A program made the position numbers and the translations under genes. Of a DNA stretch of 64,000 nucleotides, positions 37,231 through 51,458 are shown one piece after another. The notes beneath the pieces are model-generated. The model worked only from the letters and a program-made list of their open reading frames with translations. It had not been told where the DNA came from and ran no database searches. Every line of letters begins with the position of its first letter. Positions within the stretch are counted from its first letter, which is position 1. Source of the stretch: Hypanus sabinus (lineage: Eukaryota); contig NC_082731.1 in assembly GCF_030144855.1 (NCBI RefSeq), positions 28,520,001 to 28,584,000 on the forward strand. Reading direction: 5' to 3'.

Positions 37231-40200
37231 ATCCTCAGAGATACGATGGCGGAGCTACAATGCTGCTTTACAGAGACCCCTTCAAGCTCATCTGTGGAAG
37301 CAGTTTAATTTCTACCTTTGATGTTTTTCGGTTTCTTTTTCAGTGTAGATGTGGTTCTGTTGGAATCCTTGAACTGGAGTTACACTCAGGCTTTAGTTTT
37401 TTGTGGTGTTGAGACCCACTCCAGGGCGTTCACGACTGGTCACTTTTTGAAATCTCAAGGACTTGGCATCGAAGACAAACATACAGTCAGGGTTCTGATG
37501 CCTCATGGCCCTGTGGACAAGTTGATTCTATACCGGTGCCACCAACTGTAGCGTCACGGTAGAAAATGGAACATTGGGAATGGTGGATCAACTATTGGAG
37601 CTGCTGTACTCAGTGAATCACAATCTCTCTCGTTGGTGGGGCAGAGTTTGTCACCAATTCTTGAGTCAGAGAATTCAAAAAATAATATGACACAACAGAC
37701 CTTATCATTGCAAATCAGCGAGTTGTTTTGTGATGTCTTCCTTCTCACTGTGAAAGGGGGACACCGCTCTTTCCCTTCATTAGGGAGAGAGAGAGCCTGT
37801 GGAATGTCAAATTGTCCGGTGAACAATTAGTTTTCATTGTACTGCAGATCATGGTCTTTCCTGTAGACTTTGCTATTGCTTGCTTGGTGGGTGGAGAGTA
37901 CTGATGCTTTGCTGCTGCTTGTGCGTGGGATGGGACAATAGAGGGCTTTGGGGTTCTACCATTTTTACTGTCACTCATTCTTTGGGGCACTATTCTGTTT
38001 TCATGGATGTCTGCAAGGAACAAGAATTTCTGAATGTATATTGCATACATTTCTTTGATACTAAATGAAACTATTGAACTTTGAGATATAGCCACCCAGG
38101 TACTTGAAATTCCACTTCTGATATCCAATTGTCATTGAAATGTTGTCAGCTGATGAGGTCTGCAAGCATAGATATCTACTAAGCCTTTCTTTTTGGCACC
38201 TGGACAGTAAAATGTGTAGTTTTACTCCTGGAAGAGCCTTGGATGAATACCTTGCTGTTTGTTCTTTGTATTCACCTTGAATAAAATAACATCACCTGAA
38301 CTGGATTTGAGTCTCTTTAAACTCTGAATCAATTCTGGCAAGAACAGATTGACAGATCTCACAATACTTGCAAATAACTGTCCTGAGGAAGGTGTTGGGA
38401 TGGTACTACATTATTATTTTGAGAATTTTGCCCCTTCAACTGTTGGATTGGATTGTATAATAGTAATTTTCCTATTAGGTTAATTTTGTTATGTTTGTTT
38501 ATTTTAAATAATTACTTATATACATGTAATTGTTCAGTGGGTTGTCGTCTGTGTATCTCCTGGAAACTCTCAGTTTCAGTGGTGGGTATCATGTTACTCA
38601 AATAGGGACTACTTTATTGGTTAATTTAAGCAATGGAATTTGAATAGAATGTGTACTACCAGGAGTCAACAATCATAAGCAATGGTTTCAATGCCCCTTC
38701 CAGACTTCCAGAGAACATTAGGTTGCAAAACCCTTAGGATCCAGCACAGGTTGAAGTTTTAATCAATGAATCCATCAGACAGGCTGGGGAACCCAGGGTA
38801 AACCCAATTAAAGTGTAGGACTGGTCAAAGAGCTGAGCATGTATTTCACATTTCCTTAATTAACTAACATGGACTTTATTGAGTTTTTGCCACAAATTCA
38901 TTCTAAAATGATTCCTGAGTTTTCTCTCACCCTCCTCTATATGGGAGTCCAGTCCTACTGTCAATTACTCTGTCTGAGGAGCTTCCTCAACAAAGTCCAC
39001 AGATTCATTCTAATGAATTTAAACCTGCAGTCTGTCTTTCTCTTCCTCTTTAATTTAAATCCATCTTATGGATGTCATTTCCATTCCCTTCACTCTTCCA
39101 TCACTCTGTGTTGACATCTCAGTGAGTCAGTAAATTTTGGTGCAAACCATTTCAGCACAGCATCCTGTTGGACTGAGGCATTGCTTCCAGATTCCTCCTC
39201 AGACCAGACACTTTCTCATCTGCTATCCCCTCTCCTTCTATGACCTGTCATCTGATGTATGCTCCTATGAAACACCTTCTGATGATTTCCTATATTAAAG
39301 CCACACTGTAAATGCAAGTGGTTGCTTTTGGGCAAAATTGTCCAATTATTTTGCATTGCAGACCAACCATGTCCACAAATGGGCCACAAAAGTTCTTGAT
39401 GATGAACGGGGGCTGAGACACAAGGAAGTCACATTTTCTATTAGAATGTACAAGAGTGTAGAAAATAAAATCAGAAAACAGCGAGACAGGCAGTGTCTGG
39501 TAAAGAACATTAATCACTGGTGATTCAGGTCTGCATTCCCCTTCAGATTGCAGTGTGGTCACACTTACCCCTTTTGATGGTTAGTCCCAGGAACACTTAC
39601 AAGAGCTTCTGTACTCAGTCTGTACTGTTTCCTGTACAGATAGAGAGATACAGCACAGAAACAGGCCCTTCATCACACTCTGTATTAACCATTAACCACT
39701 GAGTCTGTACTAACCATTAACCACCAAGTTTGCACAAACTATTAGCCACTAACTGAGTAGCGACCACTAACCATTGGATACACAATTGGCTCGATGGTAG
39801 GAAATAAGAGTATGGTGGTGTCTGGTTGTTACTCAGACTGGAGGCCTGTGACAAATGGTGCACCTCAGGGGTCAGTGGTGGGCCCTTTGCTGTTTGTCAT
39901 CTACATCAACCACTTGGATAAGAATATACAAGGCATGAATGTAACTTTGCAGCTGACATTAAAATAAGACCATAAGACATAGGAGCAACATTAGACCATT
40001 CATTCTGTCATGACCAATTTATTAACCCTCTCAATCCCATTCTCCTGCCATCTCCCCATAATCGTTAAGACCATGAATATTCAAGAAGCTGTCTGCCTCT
40101 GCCTTAAAAATATCCAATGATTTAGCCTGCTCAGCCATCTGTGGCAATGAATTCCACAGGTTCATCACACTCTGGCTCTGGTCCTTGACTCACCCAGAAT

Positions 40201-40939
40201 AGGAAACATCCTCTCCACATTTTGTCCAAGGCTTTCAATATTGGATAGGTTTCAATGAGTTTCCCTTCCTGTCATTCTTCTAAACACCAGCAAGTACAGG
40301 CCCAGAGCCATCAAATGCGCCGCATGTGTTAACCCTTTCATTCCTGGGAAAATTCTCATGAATTTTTTCTGGACCCTCTCCAATCCCAGCACATCATTTT
40401 TTCAGATAAGGGTTTTTTTTTAGATTGGGAGCCCAAAACTGCTCACAATATTCTAACCATCTGACCAATGGCTTATAAAGCCTCAGTAAAAATTAGTGGA
40501 AAGTTAGATGATTGAGAAGCTTTTAAAAACCAACAGAAGGCAATTAAAAAGCCATAAGGAGCAAAAAAATGAAATATGAAGGTAAGCTATCCAAATAATA
40601 TCAAAGAGGAGACCAAAATATTTCTCCAATATATTAAGAGTCAAAGAGAGGCAAGAATAGATATTACACAGCTGGAAAATGATGCTGGAGAGACAGTAAT
40701 GGGGGACAAGGAGATGGTAGAAAACTGATTAATATTTTGCATTAGCCTTCACATTGGAAGACACTAGCAGTCTCCTGAAGTTTTGAGAGTGTCAGGGGGC
40801 ATAAATGAGTACTGTTGCTATCACTAGGGAGAGGGTGCTTGGGAAGCTGAAAGCCTTGAATGTAGGTAAGTCACCTGGACCAGGTGGCTACACTGTAGGA
40901 TTCTGAGAAAGGTAGTTTAATAGATTTTAGAGATATTAG

Positions 40940-41479
40940 TGTAACATGCTGTAAGGTTTCACTGATATGCTAATAGTTTCTCTGTAGCAGCAACGTTTGG
41001 GTTTTGACTAGAGATAACAGGGTTGGAATGCTGTTGTTCTTTCTTGTGAGTCTGGAAGAGGGATTTTCGTGGGCTTTTGCCGGGGAGAGATGAGGAGAGA
41101 AGACGTGAATGGAGGGAGTTGGTAAACCATTGGATGGAGTGGACCTGGAGCGAGGGTCTGAATGACAGTGATGATTGGAGGAGGTCAATGGTGGAAGACA
41201 GGCTTATCGGTGAGCTCCAACATTGCACAATAGACTGTTTCATAAGAATGAGCCCTTTTTCTTTTGTTCGTTGCCTTTACTAACCATATAGTCAAAGTAA
41301 GAATTATAAAGCTTAATCGTATAATCGCATATTGTGTATGGTTTTTTTTATTTTGGGGTACTGATTTGTAACAGGGGACACATTGCGCAGCATCCACACA
41401 AAAAGATTTTTGTTTAGGACTGGCCGGGCTAGGGGCTATCACCTCCTATATTAAGCTGCTAACTAAATTAAAAGTCACA
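40940..41479 (-). mobile_element. Solo LTR inserted in CR1
   Basis: TGTAAC...GTCACA termini; TSD TTAG / TTGG (one mismatch); AATAAA on the minus strand near 41350. Confidence 0.7.
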
Positions 41480-42037
41480 TTGGTATTGATCTTTTGAAAA
41501 TTGATAGATTTTGGCATAGTTCTGGAGGATTGGAAAATTGTAAATATCACTCCATTCTCAAAGAAAGGAGAGCGACAGAGGAAAGGAAATTATGGGCAGT
41601 TAGCTTAGCCTCAGTGATTGGGAAGATGTTGAAATCAATTGTCAAGGATGAGGTTTTGGAGTACTTGGAGGCACACGATAAAATAGTCTGTAGACAGCAT
41701 GGTTTGCTTAAGGGAAAATCCTGCCTGACAATTCTGTTGGAATTATTTGAGGAAATAACAAGCAGGATAGTCAAAAGGGAATCAGTGGATACCATGTACT
41801 TGGATTTTCAAAAGATCTTTCACAAGGTGTCACAAATGAGGCTGCTTAGCAAGATAGGAGCCCATGGTATTAAATGAAAGATACCAACATGGATAGAGCT
41901 TTGGCTGATTAGCAGGAGGCAGAGAGTGGGAATAAACCATTTCTGGTTGGCTGCCAGTGACTAGTGGAGTTTTGCAGGGATCGGTATTGGGACTGCTTCT
42001 TTTTATGTTGTATGTTAATGATTGGGATGATGGAATT

Positions 42038-45000
42038 TCATTTTTAGAATCTTTTTATTGGTATGTAATCTTCAACAGCTATAAAATGATACAAAACTTC
42101 AACAGATTAATATGTATACAATTAATAAAGCTGAAGAGAAAAACTGATCATAAAATATAAAAATGGAAAAAAAAATCATATATATAGGAAAAAGGGGAAA
42201 AAATCCCATCTAAACTACAAAAAAAGAGAAAGAAAACCATTAGGAATCAACCCCCCCAGAGCAATACGTTTGACCATCATCTAAATATATTTTAAAAAGT
42301 TATTAACAGCCATTTCATATTTATATTAAAAAATTGGAAGGAAACCATATAACTTAATTCAAATAAAATGATAATATTTGGCAAAAGAACCCCATCTTCT
42401 CTCAATATCAAATTGAGGATCAAAAGTTCTACTTCTAATTTTATCCAAACTAAGACATAACATTACTTGAGAAAACCATTTAATTAATGTAGGTGAAGAA
42501 ATATCTTAACATTTTAATAAAATAGCCCTTCTTGCCAGTAGTGTAACAAATGCAATTGCATGTTGATCTGGAGATGAGATACCCTGAATATGATGCAATA
42601 CTATTCCAAATAGAACAGTCAATCTATTAGTTTGTAAATTAATTTTCAAAGCTTTAGAAATTGTAGAAAATAAAGATTTCCAAAATGATTTTAATGAAGA
42701 ACATGACCAGAACATGTGACAAAGTAGCTACTTCAGTTTTCACATCTATCGCAATAATTGTCTATACTAGGAAATATATTAGATAGTCTCTCCTTTGTTA
42801 AATAATAACGGTGAACAATTTTAAATTGAATTAAGCAATAGTTGGCACATAAAAGAATAATTTACGTTTTTCAAAACTCAAAGCCAATCTTCATTAACAA
42901 TGGTCACATTAAGTTCTCTCTCTAAGTCTTGCTTAATCTTTAGTGAGAAGGTCTCATTTGGTAATAAAAATAAATTATAAATTCTGCTAATGGAACCTTT
43001 CACTAAGGGATTCAATTTCAAAATGGTATCCAACAAATCGGATTCTTGTAAGTATGGAAACTTAGGTAAATATTGTTGTAAAAAATGTCTAACCTGAAAA
43101 TATTGCAAAAAAATGTGTATGAGCGAGAGAAAATTTATTAATTAACTCCACAAAAGTCATCAATCGACCATCACAAAATAAAACTGTAAAAGAATGGACT
43201 CCTTTATTTTTCCATAGAAGAAAAATGGGGTCGGTTGTTGATGGTTTAAATGAAAAGTTTTGATATAAAAGACTAGACAACTTAAATTGTTTAAAATATT
43301 AAAAATTACAAAACTGAACCCAAATCCATAGGAATTATTTAATAACTGGATAGAAATTTACATTTGGAATTTTAGAGAGCTGTAAAGGTAATGGAGCTCC
43401 TAAAATTGAAGTTAAATGAAATTGTTTAACAGCTTTTAATTCCAAATCAACCCATAATGGTTTTAGTTTCTTATCAAGCCAATATAACCAAAAACATAAT
43501 TGTCTAATATTCACAGCCCAATAATAGTCTTAAATTAGGAAGTGCAAGTCCACCATCCTTTTTTATTTTTTTTTAATGATACTTATTAATTTCTGGTCTC
43601 TTATTGTTCCAAATAAGAAATGAGAGTCAATTTGATCAAAGTTTTTTAGTTAAAAAGATAGGTATATTTTGGAAAATATATAAAAATCTAGGCAAAATCA
43701 TCATTTTCACAGCATGAATATAACCTATTAAAGAAAATATAAGTGGATTCCATCTAGATAATAGTTGTTTCATGGAATCTATTAAAGGAACTATATTCGC
43801 TTTATAGAGATCTTTATATTTTTAGTAACTATAATACCTAAATATCTAAATGTATTAACAATTCTAAAAGGAATATCATTATATATACTAACATGGACAT
43901 TTAATGGAAATAATTCACTTTTATTCAAGTTATGATCAGATCCTGAAAATTTACCAAAATCTTTAAGTGTTTCCAAAAGATTAGGAATTGATTCCTCAAG
44001 ATTTGAAATAAGAACCAAAAGATCATCTGCATAAAGAGAAATCTTAGGTATGGTTCCATTCATAGAGACACCATGAATATTCTTAGCTTCACATAGTGTT
44101 ATAGCTAAAGGCTCCAACACAAGATTAAATAATAAAGGACTTAATGGACATCCCCATCTAGTGCCACGAGAAAGTGAGAAAAAAGACCTGCAGTTATTAG
44201 TAATGACCGTGGCATTAGGATTCTTATAAATCATTTGAATCCACCTATTGAAATTATTATCAAAACCAAATTTTTCTAATTCTTTTAACAAATATGGCTA
44301 CTCAACTCTATCAAATACCTTTTCTGCATCGAGAGAGATAACACATTGAGGTTGCTTAGATAATGATGAATATATAATGTTCATCAATCTCTGAACGTTA
44401 GAGAAAGAAGAACGGCCTTTGATAAAGCCTGATTGTTCCATAGAAATGATTTTAGTTAAAAAAATTTCCAAGAAATTAGCCTTTATTTTAAAGAGAATTT
44501 TTGCATCCATGTTTAATAGTGAAATAGGTCTATATGATCAACATTCAACAGGATCTTTATCTTTTTTTAAGAATTAAGGAAATAGATGCTTCATAAAAAG
44601 GTAAATTACCCTTCTCAAAGGATTCATGAAATATTTCCAAAAGATACACAGAAAGTAATCTTTCAAATTTTAACTAAAATCCCACTGAATAACCATTAAG
44701 TCCAGGAGCTTTTCCTGATTGCATTGATAAAAAAGCTTTCTGAATTTCATGGTCGGTAATTGGAGCATCAAGGATCTGTTGATATTCAGGAGAAATTTGT
44801 GGAAATTTAATCTTATGTAAAAAAGCCCTCATTTTAGAGTAATCTGCAGGAAATTGAGATCTATAAAGATCAGAGTAAGAATCTTGAAACGTATTATTAA
44901 TGTCCTCATGATTACTTGCTATATGTCCATTATTTTTATGAATCTTTAAGATGTCTCTATTAGCTCTAGCTGCTCTTAATTGAGAAGCTAAGAGCTTATT

Positions 45001-48000
45001 ATTTTTATCCCCAAAATATAATATTGTCTTTTCAATGTAAGCAAATATCCTAAAATAGGATATATTAGCAATAAATTATATTGTGATTGTAATTCTACTC
45101 TTCTTTTAAATGAAACAACATTTGGAGAGATTGCACTGATGTTATCTAATTCTTTAATTTGTTTAGAGATTTCATCTAATTCCATTCTTGTTTCTTCAGT
45201 TTAGGACATATAGCAAGTATATGAAATAATTTGACCGTGTAGATAAGCTTTTAATGTATCCCAATTTACTAACTTAGAGACGTTTCCTATATTATTAAAG
45301 AGAAAAAACTCTTATCTGAGCTTTGATAAACTCAGCAAATTCTGAACTTTGTAATAAATGTTCTGGAAAATGCCAAAATGGTCTGGTAGAAACAACATCT
45401 TTCAGTTCAAATATGGTTTAAAGAAGCATGATCAGAAATAGCGATCACATCATACTCACATTTCTGAACATTGAATAAAAGTTGAGGGTCAAATATAAAA
45501 TAGTTGATTCTCAAATAAATATTATCCAAGACCATTTTCCTGTTACAAATTATTCTTTTAACAATCAAAAATCTACCATTAATATCAGCTATAATATCCT
45601 CCTGATTAAAAGGAATATTGGAATCAACAAAAATAGACACCTCTAGTTTTACTCTGGGAGTTTGCGTGACACTGAGGGTCTTCCAAAATTAAAAAAAAAT
45701 CAATTTTTATCACATAACCTGATATGCGTCTCTTGAGCAAAGATTATATCAGTGGAATCCGTTAATAACTTTAAATGTTTTCTTACACTTAATACGATTA
45801 TTCCAACCGTGAACATTCCAAGTTCAAACATTTAGCTGTTTAGATATCATCATGGAACTTTGTATCTAAAAATAGTTAGACGCATGTCAGGATAGGGTAG
45901 TCGAAAATGGCGGAGATGAACAATAATAAAAATAATTGGCGTGTGCTCTGGGATTCCATAATGGGGAAAGAAAAGAAATCCCACCCAAACTACAAAGCCC
46001 CGAAACAAGTCGATATCAATCGACGCAAGCCCCAAGAAAAGCATGGATGCAAATTTAAATACAAACTCCGCCTACCTAGGTAAAAACAGAGAAAGAAAAA
46101 AGAAATCTCTGTCTCCCTCTACCAAACATAAAGCTCATTACAGTTGACATCTATCTCAATATAATTAACTGGGAAGGAAAGTGTTTTTCTTGTAAAACAA
46201 AGGACCTTCAATTGAAAGCATCCTTCATAACATTAGATAAGGGAAGAAAAACACATCCGAAACAATTCTTGAAATATTTGCACAGAAGAAAAACAATCAC
46301 CGGACAATAAATTGTCCGGTTTATCTTTAAAATATAAAGAAATCTACATAAATACTTTCAAAAATCTTTACAAAAGCATACGAAACAAAAAAAAATCATT
46401 TAAATGCTGCAGAAAAAAATTCTAAATGATTCAAACTTATTACAGTCTATCAACAGTTCTCCCTCTATGTCTTCTGAAATTGAAGCCATCCAAACCAGTC
46501 TTTTTCAGAGATAAAAATGTGTTTTAAGGTAAAGACTTCTGTAACCATCAGATCTTCCAATCTCATCACTCTTTACACCGCGAGACAATCAAGCTATTAT
46601 AAATCATTCAAGCTTCCGGGTTCAGATTCGTCATCGGATGCGTCGAATAAAGAATTAATAAAACTCAATGCTTCAACTGGATCATCAGAAATATGAAAGC
46701 CAGACTTTTTGACAAAGAGCCTTAATTTCGCTGGATATTGAAGCAGTGGAAAGAACTTTTTTATCATACGCTGATTTCATAACAGCTGCAAATCCAGCAC
46801 GCTTCTTAACAATTTCACGTGGAAAATCTTCAAAAAAGCGATTGTCTTAATTCCGATACTGAAAAAGTCTTTCTTTTTCTCGCAAGCTTAGTAATAGGTG
46901 TTTGTCTCTGAAACAGAGAAAACGCACAACAATATGTCTGTTTTTACCTTGATCCAAAAATTTTAAAGTGCCGATTCTGTGAGCCATTTCGATATCTGAA
47001 GGCTGTAAACTAACCTCCGGAAATAAAGACTGAAACATTTTTGAGAAATAATCCAATGTGTCGGCCAATTCTGATTTCTCTTTCAAATTATCTATCTATC
47101 TATCTATTATTTATTTATTAAATTTTAGAAATTACAAAGAATAAATGTGATGATAAAATAGTAAGAAAAATAATATTAACCCTCCCCCTCCCCTTAACCC
47201 TCACCCCCTTAACCCTTATCTAAAGAAAAAAAAAGAAAGAAGAGAAAGATTGCCTGGATATCGGAGGATCCCCACATGTCCCATGGAGTTCAAAATAATT
47301 TTGATATTTATTTTTACTTTCCCCAATTACTTTATAATTTTATCTTCAAGGGACCTATGTATTTAATCCTATCTTTCGTCAATATGGGAACCAAATTTTC
47401 AAAAATATATCATATTCATTTCTTAGATTATATGCAATTTTTCACGTGGAATACAACTATGTATTTCATTATTCCAACGATCCACAGTTAAATATAAATC
47501 AGATTTCCAAGTAACTACAATAACTTTTTTGGCTATTGCCAATGCAATTTTTATAATTTTTTTTCTGATACTTATTTAAGTTTCGGTATTGTCCCTTCAA
47601 TGTCTCCTAATAAAAATAATAGTGGACTATGTGGGAGTTGTACTCCAGTAATTTGTTCGAATAAAAGTCGTAAATTTATCCAAAATGGTTGAATTTTAAA
47701 ACAAGACCAAGTAGAATGTAAAAAAGTACCAATTTCTTGATTACATCGAAAACATTGGTCAGACATATTTTAATTTAATCTATTTATTTTCTGTGGTGTT
47801 ATATATAATTGATGTAAAAATTATATTGTATTAATCTAAGTCGAACATTTATTGTATTTCTCATACTATCAGAACATAATCTTGACCAGTTTTTTCCATC
47901 AATTTTAACATTCAAATCAGATTCCCATTTTGTCTTGATTTATGAATTCCTGATTTAATTGTCTGTTTTTGAATCAAATTATACATACAAGATTTAAATT

Positions 48001-48462
48001 TTTTAATTTTTCCTTTCTGAATTAATTTCTCTTTTAAATTCGAATATTATTCCAACGTGATCGAGCTTCAAGATCAACAATCCGTTGTTGGGCTTTTTCC
48101 AAACAAGAAGAAAGGTCCGCAGCATTTCGACTAACTTCTTTAAGATCAAGACTCAAAGAGTCGACTTTTCCTTCGAATTTCTCTTTTAGTTGAGTTATCT
48201 CAATGCTGATATTGCGGATTTGAGATTCTAGTCTCTTTACCTAGGGGGGTTCCTCCGAGAATTCGTCGGCTTTCTTGGGCTTCCCCTTGCCCAGGTCTGG
48301 ATTTCTTTTGGCGCTTCTGAGAGTAGCCATAGTTATAACTGTTATTCTACAGATCCAACTGAATAAAGTTGAAATTTCAAAGTTTAAATTGGAAAAGGGA
48401 GAGATTAAAGGCGGACAAGAAGCGACTATGTCTTACATGTCCGTAACCGGGACTCAGAGTCC
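42038..48462 (-). mobile_element. Full-length decayed L1/Tx1-like LINE (5' UTR, ORF1, APE-RT ORF2)
   Basis: 13-bp TSD GGATGATGGAATT (42025-37 / 48463-75). ORF1 ATG at 48330 (...QQRIVDLEARS.WNNIRI; MAHRIG...IVVRF). ORF2 EQSGFIKGRSSFSNV..L, SLDAEKVFDRVE, GTR.GCPLSPLLF, LYADD. Confidence 0.9.
47090..48024 (-). mobile_element. 5'-truncated L1-like copy nested in ORF1 of the previous element
   Basis: 16-bp TSD ATTTCTCTTTCAAATT (47074-89) / ATTTCTCTTTTAAATT (48025-40). C-terminal CCHC CFRCNQEIGTFLHSTWSC; (TAGA)n tail. Confidence 0.85.
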
Positions 48463-49462
48463 GGATGATGGAATTGATGGCATTGCGGCCAAATTTGTGG
48501 ATGGTACTAAGACAGATGGAGAGACAAGTGGTGTTGAGGAAGCAAGGAGGTTGTAGAAAGACTTGGGTAGACTAGGAAAGTGGGTAAAGAAATAGCAGAT
48601 GGAATACTTTGTCAAGAAGTTTAAGGTCATGCACTCTGGTAGAAGAAATAAAAGCATAGGCTATTCTTTAAATGGGCAGAAAATTCAAAAGTCCAAAGTA
48701 CAAAGGAACTTGGGAGTCCTGGTGCAGGGCTCCCTAAAGGTTGAATTGGTGGTGAGGAAGGCAAATGCAATGTTAAAATTCATTTCAAGCGGACTAAAAT
48801 ATAAAGGCAAGTATGTAATTCTGAGATTTGTAAGGCACTGACGCGGCCTCACTTGGAGTGTTTTGAACAGCTTGGGTCTTTTATTTGAGAAAGGTGTGCT
48901 GACTTTGGGGACAGTTCAAAAAAGGTTCATGAAAAAGATTTTGCAATTGAATGGATGGCTCATCTTATGAGGAGCACTTGCTGCCTCTGGGTCTGTACTC
49001 ATTGTAATTTAGAAAATGAGCAAAGGAGACAATGGCACCTAACTGCTCTGCTTGCAGCTTTGGAAACAGCTCTATTTCTATATTTAATATCTCTACTTAT
49101 CCCTTTCAGGGTTCTTTTGAAGATCCTGATCTGGAGATACATGCTGACTTCAGTTCTTTGCAGGAATGGACCCGCTCTCGGGGTCTGATAACTGGCCGTT
49201 ATTCGATAAACCAAGCGCACAGCCGAGGAGATTAGCTCGCCTTCGGAGTTTGGGATTTTGTGGCTCTGGAGGTGGATGGATTCGAGGTCGGTGCCTCTGC
49301 AGGAAATTGGTGTGTCGTGGGAGACGGAAGATCTCTGGCTGTGTGCCCAGAGACCCGAGTTCTTTGGGCACAGAGCTCAGAAAAAGCGATGCAACAGACT
49401 TTTAACCTCTTAAATCAGCAAGTTGTTTGTTATGTCTCCCCTGTCGCTGCAAAACGGAGACA

Positions 49463-49639
49463 NNNNNNNNNNNNNNNNNNNNNNNNNNNNNNNNNNNNNN
49501 NNNNNNNNNNNNNNNNNNNNNNNNNNNNNNNNNNNNNNNNNNNNNNNNNNNNNNNNNNNNNNNNNNNNNNNNNNNNNNNNNNNNNNNNNNNNNNNNNNNN
49601 NNNNNNNNNNNNNNNNNNNNNNNNNNNNNNNNNNNNNNN
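49463..49639. other. Assembly gap (177 N)
   Basis: Run of N bases. Confidence 1.
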
Positions 49640-50703
49640 CTGGGAAAACGAGTAGTCTTTGAGGTATTGCAAGCCTGTGTCTTTATTTAATCTTTGCTGC
49701 ATGCTTGAGTGCTCAGTGGAAGCAACAATGCTTTTCCTTTGCTTGTGTAGGAGGGGGGATCATTTCTTTGTCAATTACATGTGGGAGGAAGCTAGTGGGG
49801 CTTTGGGGTTCTAACACTTAACTGTCATTTATTCTTTGGGGCACTCCTATGTTTATGCAGATGGTTGTGAAGAAAAAGAATTTCAGGATTATATTGTTTA
49901 CATTTCTCTGACATAAAATGTACCTTTGAAACATTAAAATGAGGAGTATCTCATTGAAACTTAATACCTAGATAGAGGGTCTGTGCAGAGGATGTTTCCT
50001 ATAGTGGGGAATTTAGGTCTAGAAGGAGAAACTCAGAATAGAGAGATGTCAATTTAGAAAAGAGATGAGGAGGAATTTCTTTCACCAGAGGGTGGGAAAT
50101 CTGTGGAATATTTTTTAGATTACGAGGATATTCAGTCCTCGTTTATTGTCATTTAGAAATGCATGCATGCATTAAGAAATGATACAATATTCCTCCAGAA
50201 TGATATCACAAAACTAAAAAAAGGACAAACCAAAGACTCACACTGACAAAACCACATAATTATAGCATACAGTTACAGCAGTGCAAAGCAATACCATAAT
50301 TTGACAAAAGCAGACCATCGGGCACGGTTTAGAAAAAGAAGTCTCAAGTCCCGATCAACTCCAGTAGTCCCGATATCAGGCAACAAAAGGGAGAAACTCT
50401 CCCTGCCATAAACTTCCAGGCACTGACAACTAATGCCTTTGGAAGCACCCGATGAAAGCAGACTCTGAGTCTGTCCGAAAACTTCGAGCCTCCGACCAGC
50501 CCCTCTGATACAGCCTCCCGAGCTCCTTCGACCTTGTCCCGGCCGCCGAAACGAGCAAAGCCATAGTCTCGGAGGCCTTCTCCTCTGGAGATTCTGGACC
50601 ACGCAGTAGCGGCGGCAGCGAAGCGGGCATTTCAGACGTTTCTCCGGATGTTCCCCCCTGCTCTCACGTCTGTCTCCATCAAATCAGGATTGTGCACGGA
50701 TCC

Positions 50704-51328
50704 TATTTGGAATATACCTGACATAACCACTATAGATATATACCTGAAATATAATCACTATGTATTAGCTATTTACTATACTACGTAATCACTTCTAGGT
50801 ACCAGATATTAATCTGTATTAGTTTCTAGACACGTTTTGTTATGTGTTGTTTTCACTAGATACTTTGTACTCTTTTAGCTGCATATTAAGGCATGTACAG
50901 AACACCTGTTGTTTTGCAGCTCTATTAGCTGAGATATATCCCATGTATTACACTCAGCCTTTGTTCAGTATGAGATGACGCGAAGCTACGGGCGGGAATG
51001 TAATGTGAGGGGGGATGTCTGGAGAATATAATCTTGGCAAAGGCTCAGGTCCCAATGCGAACGGGTGGTACATAATGGTGGCGCACCGCGGGCTAGGCAA
51101 AAGCGATTAATTAATTCATATATAGATGATCTGCAATTAATACCCGATTGGGTATGGCGATGAACCCGAAATGTAACTGAGATAAGAAATTACTATAAAG
51201 AATGCTGTACACCGGAGCTCGGCAGGCTTTCAGTGACAAGTTCATTGATTGCCTCAGCCTTTGTTTGCAGATAAAGGTTTAATTTTCTTGAGGAATTGTC
51301 TGTGTCTCCATTTTAAGTAACCACGACA
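50704..51328 (+). promoter_or_regulatory. ERV 5' LTR
   Basis: 625 bp, near-identical to 60045-60681; TATAAA near 51193; ends CCACGACA. Confidence 0.95.
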
Positions 51329-51332
51329 AAAT

Positions 51333-51350
51333 TGGCGACCGCGATAGGAC
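51333..51350 (+). promoter_or_regulatory. Primer-binding site, tRNA-Arg
   Basis: TGGCGACCGCGATAGGAC, 16/18 match to the complement of vertebrate tRNA-Arg(UCG) 3' end as I recall it (TGGCGACCGCGGCAGGAC). Confidence 0.75.
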
Positions 51351-51449
51351 CGGAAAGAGACCCGAGGAAAAGATCCGGCGGGTTGAGGCCGCTTCCCGGT
51401 CCCTCGGGATCCCTTACAGAGCTAACAGAATTACGGGTGCACCCAGCAA

Positions 51450-51458
51450 AAGGTAAGC
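51450..51458 (+). promoter_or_regulatory. Major splice donor of the ERV leader
   Basis: AAG|GTAAGC, 100 nt after the PBS. Candidate env acceptor ctgccccacag|G at 58152. Confidence 0.55.

Larger units (their letters stand above)
39760..49020 (+). mobile_element. CR1 LINE broken into pieces (39760-39965, 40480-40939, 41480-42037, 48463-49020) by nested insertions
   Basis: Colinear CR1 ORF2 motifs (QHG..KGKSCLT..LE.FEE, YLDFQK, GV.QGSVLG, KF.D.TK, ANAML.FI) rejoin across the insertions. Confidence 0.75.

Noticed and set aside
22950-39700. Additional V/D/J segments or exons of a second gene
   Set aside because: I found no paired RSS, YYC or WGxG motifs, or consistent exon chains. The region is TE fragments and AT-rich spacer, but small exons could be missed by eye.
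49260-49702. ORFs spanning 49.3-49.7 kb
   Set aside because: Artefacts of translating through the N gap.
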